The notes below the pieces were generated by a model. That model saw only the letters and a program-made list of their open reading frames with translations, did not search any database and was not told the DNA's origin. From NCBI GenBank assembly GCA_002269645.1, contig NIVC01001763.1:62001-126000 (forward strand): a stretch of DNA of 64,000 nucleotides, read 5' to 3'. The position numbers and the translations under genes are program-made. Position 1 is the stretch's first letter, and every line of letters starts with the position of its first letter. Positions 34,508 through 60,558 of the stretch are shown here, piece by piece. The DNA is from Macrostomum lignano (lineage: Eukaryota).

Positions 34508-35595
34508 ACGCTCCGGTTGGTGCCACCTCTGCTGCTGACGCCCTGGCTGGTGCCACCTCTGCTGCTGACGCCCTGGCTGGTGCCAGCTCTGCTGCTGACG
34601 CCCTGGCTGGTGCCAGCTCTGCTGCTGACGCCCTGGCTGGTGCCAGCTCTGCTGCTGACGCCCTGGATGGTGCCAGCTCTGCTGCTGACGCCCTGGCTGG
34701 TGCCAGCTCTGCTGCTGACGCCCTGGCTGGTGCCAGCTCTGCTGCTGACGCCCTGGCTGGTGCCAGCTCTGCTGCTGACGCCCTGGCTGGTGCCAGCTCT
34801 GCTGCTGACGCCCTGGCTGGTGCCAGCTCTGCTGCTGACGCCCTGGCTGGTGCCAGCTCTGCTGCTGACGCCCTGGATGGTGCCAGCTCTGCTGCTGACG
34901 CCCTGGCTGGTGCCAGCTCTGCTGCTGACGCCCTGGCTGGTGCCAGCTCTGCTGCTGACGCCCTGGCTGGTGCCAGCTCTGCTGCTGACGCCCTGGCTGG
35001 TGCCAGCTCTGCTGCTGACGCCCTGGCTGGTGCCAGCTCTGCTGCTGACGCCCTGGCTGGTGCCAGCTCTGCTGCTGACGCCCTGGCTGGTGCCAGCTCT
35101 GCTGCTGACGCCCTGGATGGTGCCAGCTCTGCTGCTGACGCCCTGGCTGGTGCCAGCTCTGCTGCTGACGCCCTGGCTGGTGCCAGCTCTGCTGCTGACG
35201 CCCTGGCTGGTGCCAGCTCTGCTGCTGACGCCCTGGCTGGTGCCAGCTCTGCTGCTGACGCCCTGGCTGGTGCCAGCTCTGCTGCTGACGCCCTGGCTGG
35301 TGCCAGCTCTGCTGCTGACGCCCTGGCTGGTGCCAGCTCTGCTGCTGACGCCCTGGCTGGTGCCAGCTCTGCTGCTGACGCCCTAGCTACCGCCAACTCT
35401 GCTGCTGTTCCAGCTGTTTCAGTTCTCAATGGTCAGGATGAGCTCAACGAGCTACTAGCGTCAATTGACTTACCAACGATGGCGCCGACGAATCATACAG
35501 GTGCAATTGATTACATGATTACATGTAATAATAATATTAATAACAATGCTAGTTGCCCAGTAAGCAGGGGACGATACGTGGATGAATCCCACTAG
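34139..35595 (+). CDS. Putative Ala-rich tandem-repeat protein (AGASSAADAL x ~30)
   Basis: Open frame 34372-35595 contains a 30-bp coding repeat. A plausible intron 34223-34371 (CAG|GTAATT ... tttcctatccgtcAG, phase 0) joins it to the ATG at 34139. No recognisable domain. Confidence 0.4.
34501..35400 (+). repeat. 30-bp GC-rich tandem repeat, ~30 copies
   Basis: Unit gctgctgacgccctggctggtgccagctct, nearly invariant. Confidence 0.97.
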
Positions 35596-36834
35596 CGGCT
35601 GCAGTAGGCAGAGGGGAAGGCCGGGGTCGGGGTTAACCGCGGCCGGAATACAATTTTTCAGCGATAATGCATACAACATACGAAGCCATGTATGATATCA
35701 AGCGTTATGTTCGTAGTTGTGTTAAAAAATATAATAAACAGGTACAACAAGCTTTTTAAATAAGTGGAAGCGCATAAATTCGTCATTCGTGATTTATAAA
35801 GATTTTGATTTGTTTCAAAAAATCCCACCCCAAAGATTAAATCCTAATTGCGCCACTGATCAAGCAAGAGTTTTATTCTGCAATAGAAAATTGGGTACTT
35901 GAGCTTTTATTGCTTTTGCAGAAAAAGTACAACAGACAGTTATTGTATTATAGCTAGCTAGTCATGTTCTTGAGTAGTATTGATGATGCTCATTCATCCG
36001 CATCTTCTTTTGCACACTGTTTTGTTATACCGTTTAACTATATACTAGCTATATTTCCAGTGCAAAATATTCTCTCTAATGTGATCTCAACTCGCTACTT
36101 GATAGTAGGAGGCTATGCATATACTTAATTTCTGCCATTCAAACCACAATACCAGCTCAACCTGCCATTGGCTCGCGTATCTGGAAAGCAATCGTTGGTC
36201 AGTCACCGTTGGTTGTGCCTTTTTAAGACTAAAGTTTTCTCTCTGAGAGGTCGCCTGCAGTGCTTTCGTCTGATCCAGCGCGCGGTACACAGCTAATAAA
36301 TTAATTAGCAAAGTTTGAGAACGCGCCTATAGAGACTGGCTGGCCACGTGAGAACTTGAAAATATTCTGAGCAGGTGAGACAGAGGGAGAGATGAAGTGA
36401 CAGGCGGTGCTGCTGCTACTCAGAGACAATAGCCTCCGCAGCTGTGAACGGTGAGTTTACTGTTGCCACTATAAACTCATCTAATTGTTGCATTGCTTGT
36501 TTCACTCGAACAATAAAAAAGTTTCGAAAATTTCTGCTCCAGTAATTCGTTGGTCGATTGTTCAACCCCCCCCCTCTAAGCCGACTCTCCAGGTTGACTG
36601 GGTCTGGTGGAAAATGCAGTGTTTGACAGGCAATGCTTGTTCTGCTTTTTCGATCCAACAAATAGATTGCACTGTAAGCTGCCTAGTTACCTAGGGAGAA
36701 TGTCAATGATGCAGAATGCACAGCAAGAAAATTGTTGCAAATATCGGAATCAAAATTCTGTCATTCTACGATTCTTTGGCGTTTTAATATTCTCCCAGAG
36801 TTATCCACTACCCAGCATTTTCCACCCTAAGAAC

Positions 36835-38270
36835 TAACCGCCCCCCAGCAGTATCCACCCCCTAGCAGTATCGGTCCCCAGCAGTATCCGCCCCCTGCAG
36901 TATCCGCCCCCTGCAGTATCCGCCCCCAAACAGTATCCGCCCCAGCAGTATCCGCCCCAGCAGTATCCGCCCCCAGCAGTATCCGCCCCCAGCAGTATCC
37001 GCCCCAAGCAGTATCCGCCCCCAGCAGTATCCGCCCCCAAGCAGTATCCGCCCCCTGCAGTATCCGCCCCAAGCAGTATCCGCCCCCAGCAGTATCCGCC
37101 CCCAGCAGTATCTGCCCCCAAGCAGTATCCGCCCCAGCAGTATCCGCCCCCAGCAGTATCCGCCCCAGCAGTATCCGCCCCACCAGAACCCACCTCCACC
37201 AGAATCCGCCCCTGCAGTATCCGCCCCAGCAGGATCTGTCCCCAAACAGTATCCACCCCCTGCAGTATCCGCCCCCAAGCAGTATCCGCCCCCAGCAGTA
37301 TCTGCCCCCAAGCAGTATCCGCCCCAGCAGTATCCGCCCCCAGCAGTATCCGCCCCCAGCAGTATCCGCCCCAGCAGTATCCGCCCCACCAGAACCCACC
37401 TCCACCAGAATCCGCCCCTGCAGTATCCGCCCCAGCAGGATCTGTCTCCAAACAGTATCCACCCCCAGCAGTATCCGCCCCCCAGCAGTATCCGCCCCAC
37501 CAGAACCCACCTCCACCAGAATCCGCCCCTGCAGTATCCGCCCCAGCAGTATCTGTCCCCAAACAGTATCCGCCCCCAGCAGTATCCGCCCCCAAGCAGT
37601 ATCCGCCCCCAGCAGTATCCGCCCCAGCAGTATCCGCCCCAAGCAGTATCCGCCCCCAGCAGTATCCGCCCCCAGCAGTATCCGCCCCCAAGCAGTATCC
37701 GCCCCCAGCAGTATCCGCCCCAGCAGTATCCGCCCCAAGCAGTATCCGCCCCCAGCAGTATCTGCCCCCAGCAGTATCCGCCCCAGCAGTATCCGCCCCC
37801 AGCAGTATCCGCCCCCAGCAGTATCCGCCCCAGCAGTATCCGCCCCAGCAGTATCCGCCCCAGCAGTATCCGCCCCAGCAGTATCCGCCCCAGCAGTATC
37901 CGCCCCAGCAGTATCCGCCCCCAGCAGTATCCACCCCCCAGCAGTATCCGCCCCCAAACAGTATCCGCCCCAGCAGTATCCGCCCCAGCAGTATCCGCTC
38001 CAAACAGTATCCGCCCCTAGCAGTATCCGCTCCAAACAGTATCCGCCCCAGCAGTATCCGCCCCTAGCAGTATCCGCTCCTGGGAAAATCCGCCTCCAGC
38101 AGTATCTGCCCCAGCAGTATCCGCCCCCTAACAATATCCGCCCCACCAGAACCCAGCTTCACCAGGATCCGCCCCTACTAGAATCCATCTTCACGAAGAA
38201 TCCGCCCCATTAGTAGCCGCCCTCCAAAAGTATCCGCCCCTGGGAAAATCCACCCGTCTCAAAAATCCGC
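36835..38270. repeat. 14-17-bp length-variable minisatellite upstream of APCDD1
   Basis: Unit agcagtatccgcccc(c), with cagaacccacctccaccagaatccg inserts. Confidence 0.95.
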
Positions 38271-38343
38271 CCGAATCTTATGAATGCTGCTTCCAAGGCT
38301 CCACAACACGCCTACACAGAGACGCCAAGGCTCCACTCCATCC

Positions 38344-51057
<12,714 letters not shown>

Positions 51058-52460
51058 AAGCAGAACTCGCTGATAAAAGCTCAAAAGAAAATGCTGAAAA
51101 TCTTTGAATTATTCCTAAACCCAAATGCTGCACTGCATCAATGCTTTTTTGTCGTAAAATTTCAATGTGTCTCAGTGTTATGCGCGTGTAAAATTTGTAA
51201 GAATAATACATTTCCAAACGCTTTACAATCTGCGCATTGTTGTCTCTCAATCCAAGTTTCTTTTTTCTGGCAGGCGACAGCTGATAAAACTGCGTATCGG
51301 ATCGGGGCGCTGCGAGAAGGAGAAATAGAGGTCAAGTGGCTCCAGATCCCACTACAAAGATTGGCGCAGCTCAATGGAATTTACGCGCCGCTCATGATTA
51401 ACGGCCTGTGTTAAGACATCGCGGCCCAACAGGGGGGTCACTGGGTCAGGAGCTGCTGCAGACAAAGAGGCGATTTATAGATAACGTCTCCTGATTGTTG
51501 ATCTGACAGGGTGAACACTTCGACAAGTGGATGGATTCTCTTAGACCAGAGCCCGGACTCTCGCACCGAGCCAACATTAATTTGGGGCCAAGGGGGTCGG
51601 GTTGTACGATTGTAAATCCCTGTGTGACCGCTTGCCACAGCTCCGCTGCAAACTATCTGATCTTGAATTCGATGGCAACAATCGCTGCTGTCTCAAAGCC
51701 TTTCCGCGGCAGCAATCAGGATACAGTTTGTTCCTGACAATTCTGTTTGTGACGCAACACCCTCGGCTTCAAATTGAACCAGTAGATGCAGATGCAATCA
51801 ACCCCCCAGTAAACGAAGACTGTGAGGAGGGGGATCGAGCCAGCGAGGGATTGGGGATTCTATACACCCCTAGTGTCCCAATTTCTCGCACAGGCACGCA
51901 AAATGCAATTTCCAACTCGAGCGGGGGGTGACCGCGTGAGAAGATTTCATTACGCCTGTTGCTTTGAGGCCTGAGAGACTGCACGAGGTCGCTAGAGAAT
52001 GAGAAGAGAAGGCCGAGTCCAGTTTGGTGTCAAAGTCAAGCGAAAGTGCGCGGACTCGGTCGGCTGGTGCTGCTGGCTGGAGGACCCTGGGAGCAGAAGG
52101 GAAAGATCCATAGAGCCAGACCGCGACCCGCGAACTTCACTACTTAATCCATTTTAACTTTACGTATTCAGATGGATAACTTTCATATGCCTCTTGGTGG
52201 TTGAGAAACAGAAACATTGAATATAAGTGCTGTGCACCGTCGCTTCATTGAAATTTAGTGTAAAATAGATGAATAATGGTTGCTATAGCCTACTTAAAGT
52301 AGGAAAATAGCAATTTACTTTTGTGACGCATCATTCTTATGCGAATTTTTTTGTCTCAAGGGTCGCATCTATTGCTTCAGCAGCGGGACTGACTTCTACT
52401 TGAAGTAATAAGAAAAAATGCCGCAAAACTTGCCTACTCCACGACTCTCCCAAATTCTGA

Positions 52461-55400
52461 CTCTCCCCAACTCTTTCCAACTCTCCCCGACTCTTCCCGA
52501 CTCTTCCCAACTCTCCTCAACTCTCCCCAACTCTTTCCAACTCTCCCCAACTCTCCCCAACTCTCCCCGACTCTCCCCAACTCTTCCCAACTCTCCCTGA
52601 CTCTTCCCGACTCTTCCCAACTCTCCCCGACTCTTCCCGACTCTCCCCAACTCTTCCCAACTCTTCCCAACTCTTCCCAACTCTTTCCAACTCTCCCCAA
52701 CTCTTCCCAACTCTCCCCAACTCTCCCCAACTCTTCCCAACTCTCTCCAACTCTCCCCAACTCTCCCCGACTCTCTCCAACTCTCCCCAACTCTTTCCAA
52801 CTCTTTCCAACTCTCCCCAACTCTCCCCAACTCTTTCCAACTCTCCCCAACTCTTCCCAACTCTTCCCAACTCTCACCAACTCTCCCCAACTCTTCCCAA
52901 CTCTTCCCAACTCTCCCCAACTCTCCCCAACTCTTCCCAACTCTCTCCAACTCTCCCCAACTCTCCCCGACTCTCTCCAACTCTCCCCAACTCTTTCCAA
53001 CTCTTTCCAACTCTCCCCAACTCTCCCCAACTCTCCCCAACTCTCCCCAACTCTCCCCAACTCTCCCCAACTCTCCCCAACTCTTTCCAACTCTTTCCAA
53101 CTCTCCCCAACTCTTCCCAACTCTTCCCAACTCTCACCAACTCTCCCCAACTCTTCCCAACTCTTCCCAACTCTCCCCGACTCTCCCCGACTCTCCCCAA
53201 CTCTTCCCAACTCTTCCCAACTCTTCCCAACTCTCCCCAACTCTTCCCAACTCTTCCCAACTCTCCCCGACTCTCTCCAACTCTTTCCAACTCTTTCCAA
53301 CTCTCCCCAACTCTCCCCAACTCTTCCCAACTCTCCCCGACTCTCTCCAACTCTTCCCAACTCTCCCCGACTCTTCCCGACTCTTCCCAACTCTCCCCAA
53401 CTCTTTCCAACTCTTTCCAACTCTCCCCAACTCTCCCCAACTCTCCCCAACTCTTTCCAACTCTCCCCAACTCTTTCCAACTCTTCCCAACTCTTTCCAA
53501 CTCTCCCCAACTCTTCCCAACTCTTCCCAACTCTTTCCAACTCTTCCCAACTCTTTCCAACTCTCCCCAACTCTTCCCAACTCTTTCCAACTCTCCCCAA
53601 CTCTTCCCAACTCTTCCCAACTCTCCCCGACTCTCTCCAACTCTTTCCAACTCTTTCCAACTCTCCCCAACTCTCCCCAACTCTTTCCAACTCTTTCCAA
53701 CTCTTCCCAACTCTCCCCAACTCTCCCCAACTCTTCCCAACTCTCCCCGACTCTCCTCAACTCTTCCCAACTCTCTCCAACTCTCCCCAACTCTCCCCGA
53801 CTCTTCCCAACTCTTCCCAACTCTCCCCGACTCTTCCCGACTCTTCCCAACTCTCCCCAACTCTTCCCAACTCTTCCCAACTCTCCCCAACTCTTCCCAA
53901 CTCTTCCCAACTCTCCCCGACTCTCTCCAACTCTTTCCAACTCTTTCCAACTCTCCCCAACTCTCCCCGACTCTCTCCAACTCTTCCCAACTCTTCCCAA
54001 CTCTCTCCAACTCTCCCCAACTCTCCCCGACTCTTCCCAACTCTTCCCAACTCTCCCCGACTCTTCCCGACTCTTCCCAACTCTCCCCAACTCTTCCCAA
54101 CTCTTTCCAACTCTCCCCAACTCTCCCCAACTCTCCCCAACTCTTTCCAACTCTCCCCAACTCTCCCCAACTCTCCCCAACTCTTTCCAACTCTCACCAA
54201 CTCTCCCCAACTCTCACCAACTCTCCCCAACTCTCCCCGACTCTTCCCAACTCTCCCCAACTCTCCCCAACTCTCTCCAACTCTCCCCAACTCTTTCCAA
54301 TTCTCACCAACTCTCCCCAACTCTCCCCAACTCTTTCCAACTCTTCCCAACTCTCCCCGACTCTTCCCGACTCTTCCCAACTCTCCCCAACTCTTCCCAA
54401 CTCTTTCCAACTCTCCCCAACTCTCCCCAACTCTCCCCAACTCTTCCCAACTCTTCCCAACTTTCCCCAACTCTTCCCAACTCTTCCCAACTCTTTCCAA
54501 CTCTCCCCAACTCTTCCCAACTCTTTCCAACTCTCCCCAACTCTCCCCAACTCTCCCCAACTCTCCCCAACTCTCCCCAACTCTCCCCAACTCTTTCCAA
54601 CTCTCACCAACTCTCCCCAACTCTCACCAACTCTCCCCAACTCTTTCCAACTCTTTCCAACTCTCCCCAACTCTTTCCAACTCTCACCAACTCTCCCCAA
54701 CTCTCACCAACTCTCCCCAACTCTCCCCGACTCTTCCCAACTCTTCCCAACTCTCCCCAACGCTCCCCAACTCTCCCCAACTCTTTCCAACTCTCCCCAA
54801 CTCTTCCCAACTCTCCCCGACTCTCTCCAACTCTCCCCAACTCTCCCCGACTCTTCCCAACTCTTCCCAACTCTCCCCAACGCTCCCCAACTCTCCCCAA
54901 CTCTTTCCAACTCTCCCCAACTCTTCCCAACTCTCCCCGACTCTCTCCAACTCTCCCCAACTCTTTCCAACTCTCCCCAACTCTCCCCAACTCTTCCCAA
55001 CTCTTCCCAACTCTTCCCAACTCTCCCCAACTCTTTCCAACTCTCCCCGACTCTTCCCGACTCTTCCCAACTCTCCCCAACTCTCCCCAACTCTTTCCAA
55101 CTCTCCCCAACTCTTCCAAACTCTTCCCAACTCTCCCCAACGCTCCCCAACTCTTCCCAACTCTTTCCAACTCTCCCCAACTCTTCCCAACTCTTCCCAA
55201 CTCTTTCCAACTCTTCCCAACTCTTTCCAACTCTTTCCAACTCTTTCCAACTCTTTCCAACTCTCCCCAACTCTTCCCAACTCTTCCCAACTCTCCCCGA
55301 CTCTCTCCAACTCTTTCCAACTCTTTCCAACTCTCCCCAACTCTCCCCAACTCTTTCCAACTCTTTCCAACTCTTCCCAACTCTCCCCAACTCTCCCCAA

Positions 55401-58400
55401 CTCTTCCCAACTCTCCCCGACTCTCCTCAACTCTTCCCAACTCTCTCCAACTCTCCCCAACTCTCCCCGACTCTCCCCAACTCTTCCCAACTCTTCCCGA
55501 CTCTTCCAGACTCTTCCCAACTCTTCCCAACTCTTCCCAACTCTTCCCAACTCTCCCCAACTCTTCCCAACTCTTCCCAACTCTCCCCGACTCTCTCCAA
55601 CTCTTTCCAACTCTTTCCAACTCTCCCCAACTCTCCCCAACTCTTTCCAACTCTTCCCAACTCTTCCCAACTCTCTCCAACTCTCTCCAACTCTCCCCGA
55701 GTCTTCCCAACTCTTCCCAACTCTCCCCGACTCTTCCCGACTCTTCCCAACTCTCCCCAACTCTTTCCAACTCTCCCCAACTCTCCCCAACTCTCCCCAA
55801 CTCATCCCAACTCTTCCCAACTTTCCCCAACTCTTCCCAACTCTTCCCAACTCTCCCCGACTCTCTCCAACTCTCCCCAACTCTTTCCAACTCTCCCCAA
55901 CTCTCCCCAACTCTCACCAACTCTCCCCAACTCTTTCCAACTCTTCCCAACTCTTCCCAACTCTCTCCAACTCTCTCCAACTCTCCCCGAGTCTTCCCAA
56001 CTCTTCCCAACTCTCCCCGACTCTTCCCGACTCTTCCCAACTCTCCCCAACTCTTTCCAACTCTCCCCAACTCTCCCCAACTCTCCCCAACTCATCCCAA
56101 CTCTTCCCAACTTTCCCCAACTCTTCCCAACTCTTCCCAACTCTCCCCAACTCTCCCCAACTCTCCCCAACTCTTTCCAACTCTCACCAACTCTCCCCAA
56201 CTCTCACCAACTCTCCCCAACTCTCCCCGACTCTTCCCAACTCTCCCCAACTCTCCCCAACTCTCTCCAACTCTCCCCAACTCTTTCCAACTCTCACCAA
56301 CTCTCCCCAACTCTCCCCAACTCTTTCCAACTCTTCCCAACTCTTCCCAACTCTCTCCAACTCTCCCCAACTCTCCCCGACTCTTCCCAACTCTTCCCAA
56401 CTCTCCCCGACTCTTCCCGACTCTTCCCAACTCTCCCCAACTCTTCCCAACTCTTTCCAACTCTCCCCAACTCTCCCCAACTCTCCCCAACTCTTCCCAA
56501 CTCTTCCCAACTTTCCCCAACTCTTCCCAACTCTTCCCAACTCTCCCCGACTCTCTCCAACTCTCCCCAACTCTTTCCAACTCTCCCCAACTCTCCCCAA
56601 CTCTCCCCAACTCTCCCCGACTCTCCTCAACTCTTCCCAACTCTCTCCAACTCTCCCCAACTCTCCCCGACTCTCCCCAACTCTTCCCAACTCTCCCCGA
56701 CTCTTCCCGACTCTTCCCAACTCTCCCCAACTCTTCCCAACTCTTCCCAACTCTCCCCAACTCTTCCCAACTCTTCCCAACTCTCCCCGACTCTCTCCAA
56801 CTCTTTCCAACTCTTTCCAACTCTCCCCAACTCTCCCCGACTCTCTCCAACTCTTCCCAACTCTTCCCAACTCTCTCCAACTCTCCCCAACTCTCCCCGA
56901 CTCTTCCCAACTCTTCCCAACTCTCCCCGACTCTTCCCGACTCTTCCCAACTCTCCCCAACTCTTCCCAACTCTTTCCAACTCTCCCCAACTCTCCCCAA
57001 CTCTCCCCAACTCTTTCCAACTCTCCCCAACTCTCCCCAACTCTTTCCAACTCTCACCAACTCTCCCCAACTCTCACCAACTCTCCCCAACTCTCCCCGA
57101 CTCTTCCCAACTCTCCCCAACTCTCCCCAACTCTCTCCAACTCTCCCCAACTCTTTCCAATTCTCACCAACTCTCCCCAACTCTCACCAACTCTCCCCAA
57201 CTCTTTCCAACTCTTCCCAACTCTTCCCAACTCTCTCCAACTCTCCCCAACTCTCCCCGACTCTTCCCAACTCTTCCCAACTCTCCCCGACTCTTCCCGA
57301 CTCTTCCCAACTCTCCCCAACTCTTCCCAACTCTTTCCAACTCTCCCCAACTCTCCCCAACTCTCCCCAACTCTTCCCAACTCTTCCCAACTTTCCCCAA
57401 CTCTTCCCAACTCTTCCCAACTCTTTCCAACTCTCCCCAACTCTTCCCAACTCTTTCCAACTCTCCCCAACTCTCCCCAACTCTCCCCAACTCTCCCCAA
57501 CTCTCCCCAACTCTCCCCAACTCTTTCCAACTCTCACCAACTCTCCCCAACTCTCACCAACTCTCCCCAACTCTTTCCAACTCTTCCCAACTCTCCCCAA
57601 CTCTCCCCAACTCTTTCCAACTCTCCCCAACTCTTTCCAACTCTCACCAACTCTCCCCAACTCTCACCAACTCTCCCCAACTCTCCCCGACTCTTCCCAA
57701 CTCTTCCCAACTCTCCCCAACGCTCCCCAACTCTCCCCAACTCTTTCCAACTCTCCCCAACTCTTCCCAACTCTCCCCGACTCTCTCCAACTCTCCCCAA
57801 CTCTTTCCAACTCTCCCCAACTCTCCCCAACTCTTCCCAACTCTTCCCAACTCTTCCCAACTCTCCCCAACTCTTCCCAACTCTCCCCGACTCTTCCCGA
57901 CTCTTCCCAACTCTCCCCAACTCTCCCCAACTCTTTCCAACTCTCCCCAACTCTTCCAAACTCTTCCCAACTCTCCCCAACGCTCCCCAACTCTTCCCAA
58001 CTCTTTCCAACTCTCCCCAACTCTTCCCAACTCTCCCCAACTCTTCCCAACTCTCCCCGACTCTCCTCAACTCTCCCCAACTCTCCCCAACTCTTCCCAA
58101 CTCTTCCCAACTCTCCCCGACTCTCTCCAACTCTCCCCAACTCTCCCCAACTCTCCCCAACTCTCCCCAACTCTCCCCAACTCTTTCCAACTCTCACCAA
58201 CTCTCCCCAACTCTCACCAACTCTCCCCAACTCTCCCCGACTCTTCCCAACTCTCCCCAACTCTCCCCAACTCTCTCCAACTCTCCCCAACTCTTTCCAA
58301 CTCTCACCAACTCTCCCCAACTCTCCCCAACTCTTTCCAACTCTTCCCAACTCTTCCCAACTCTCTCCAACTCTCCCCAACTCTCCCCGACTCTTCCCAA

Positions 58401-58940
58401 CTCTTCCCAACTCTCCCCGACTCTTCCCGACTCTTCCCAACTCTCCCCAACTCTTCCCAACTCTTTCCAACTCTCCCCAACTCTCCCCAACTCTCCCCAA
58501 CTCTTCCCAACTCTTCCCAACTTTCCCCAACTCTTCCCAACTCTTCCCAACTCTCCCCGACTCTCTCCAACTCTCCCCAACTCTTTCCAACTCTCCCCAA
58601 CTCTCCCCAACTCTCCCCAACTCTCCCCAACTCTCCCCAACTCTCCCCAACTCTCCCCAACTTTTTCCAACTCTCACCAACTCTTCCCAACTCTCACCAA
58701 CTCTCCCCAACTCTCCCCGACTCTTCCCAACTCTCCCCAACTCTCCCCAACTCTCTCCAACTCTCCCCAACTCTTTCCAACTCTCACCAACTCTCCCCAA
58801 CTCTCACCAACTCTCCCCAACTCTCCCCGACTCTTCCCAACTCTTCCCAACTCTCCCCAACGCTCCCCAACTCTTTCCAACTCTTTCCAACTCTCCCCAA
58901 CTCTTCCCAACTCTCCCCAACTCTCCCCAACTCTCTCAAA
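52461..58940. repeat. 10-bp satellite, ~647 copies, strictly in register
   Basis: Unit ctct(c/t)(c/t/a)cc(a/g)a; every printed 10-mer block stays in phase. Confidence 0.98.
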
Positions 58941-59613
58941 CCCTTAAAAAAGTCACTCAGTGTCTCTAATACTGTTATCCACAAATAGCAAAAAAACAAT
59001 ACGCTCTACTGAAAGTAGAAGTGTCAGTAGAAACGGAAGTTTCTGAGACTTTGAATTAAATTTAGCCACATAATAGTTTTCACATATATATTTAAACACT
59101 GTGATATTCAACATAAACGAACAAACTGATAAAGGTGATTTCTGACTGATTGTGTGAGCTCAATGAGAGTCTCCTGCGCGAACTTCTCAATTATGATTAA
59201 ATCCCTTACACCGAGGTAACCAAGAAGCAATGTTCGGGCCTATTGTACACAGATCAAATATAAGCAAAAAAATAGCAAATTATTAATGGAAGGAAAGCCA
59301 ACAAAGAAACGTGCACTTAAAAAAGAAAATAAGCAAAACTTCAAAACGCAAAGAAGAAGATTTCATAGCCAATTTGAGGAAAAAAACCCTTGTGCGCAAG
59401 CAGACGCAACTTCACAGTGCATTGTTGTTGGTGCATTGCGGAGTGTGTGGGGGTGGAGGCAAAATTTTAATAAACGATATAATGAGCTCAGGTGAAGCTG
59501 GGCAAAAAAAACACTTTTACATTTAAATTGGTTAATTAATTAGTTTATTTAATTAGAAATTTGATATTTTGTCTGTTTATCTTTGTGTACACTGCGGGAT
59601 GAGCCGTCGCTGT

Positions 59614-59765
59614 GGCGGCCTCAGAGACTGTAGGCGGCCTCAGAGACTGTAGGCAGCCTCAGAGACTGTAGGCGGCCTCAGAGACTGTAGGCGGCCTCAG
59701 AGACTGTAGGCAGCCTCAGAGACTGTAGGCAGCCTCAGAGACTGTAGGCGGCCTCAGAGACTGTA
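59614..59765. repeat. 19-bp repeat, 8 copies, overlapping the stop codon of the Q/H-rich ORF
   Basis: Unit ggc(g/a)gcctcagagactgta. Confidence 0.93.
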
Positions 59766-60558
59766 GGCAGTCGCTCCGGAGAAGCCCGGATGGAACAGCA
59801 GGGCGTCCGCCTCGGCCAGCTTCTTGTCCGGCTGACCACCGCTGGCTGCGGCCACGGCGGCGGCGGCAGCGGCGGCGGCCTGATGATGGAACGGATACAG
59901 GTGATGATGATGATGGTGATGCTGAGGATGTTGGGCATAGTCGTCCATCGGTTGAAAGTACTGCAGATGATGGTGCTGCTGCTGGTGCTGCTGGTGCAGA
60001 CTGTGACCCATCTGGTAGGATTGGTGTTCGTCTAGATGATGCGTAACCGGATGCTGCTGGTGATGGTGAAGATGGTGCACTGCGGTCTGGTGCTGGTACT
60101 GCGGGTACTGCTGCTGCTGAAGGTCTTCAACGGGCGAGGCGGAGGCCGCGCTGGCCCGGTCAGCGTGCGGCGGCGGTGACTCGACAGTCTGCTGGCCGGA
60201 GTACGGGGACATGATGGGGTAGAGATGCTGCGACTGCTGCTGCTGCAAGTAAGGCGCCATCTGCTGGTAGCCCATGGCAACTGGATGATGCGGCTGCGGC
60301 TGCTGCTGCATAAGCTGCTGGTGCCCCGGCAGGACCCCCGTCGCTGCTGCTCCATTGGACGAAATTGACGATGATCCCGACGATGTTGACGACGAGGAAG
60401 CGGCTGCGCCAACCGTTGGAGCTCGACGAAGTTCGTCCGGATTCTGAACCGGCATAGGCTTTGGATTTGGCCGATCGGGCAAATCTTCGAGTTTGAGATC
60501 GATTGAGTCGTCTGGGCTGCCCAGGCCGGGGATTCTGAAGGGGGGGGGAGATTTTCAT
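59754..60558 (-). CDS. Gln/His/Ala-rich low-complexity protein (transcription-factor-like disordered region); start uncertain
   Basis: Open frame from ~60548 to TGA at 59754 with poly-Q, poly-H and poly-A tracts. Acceptor cctgcAG at 60564-60565 follows a minisatellite-filled intron. The ATG at 60558 is one base out of frame across a C9 run; the next in-frame ATG is at 60455. AATAAA on the minus strand at 59544-59549. Confidence 0.55.

Noticed and set aside
36827-38146. GGYCW/GADTA ORFs and an apparent QQYPP repeat protein
   Set aside because: Unit length varies from 14 to 17 bp, so the frame is broken repeatedly; non-coding minisatellite.
52461-58940. Telomeric repeat interpretation (TTGGGG core)
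   Set aside because: The unit is a 10-mer rather than TTAGGG, and the array is interstitial with unique sequence on both sides.
52396-58999. Dozens of long minus-strand ORFs (GRVGESWGEL repeats)
   Set aside because: Translations of the 10-bp satellite, open because the unit lacks stop codons; no splice or domain support.
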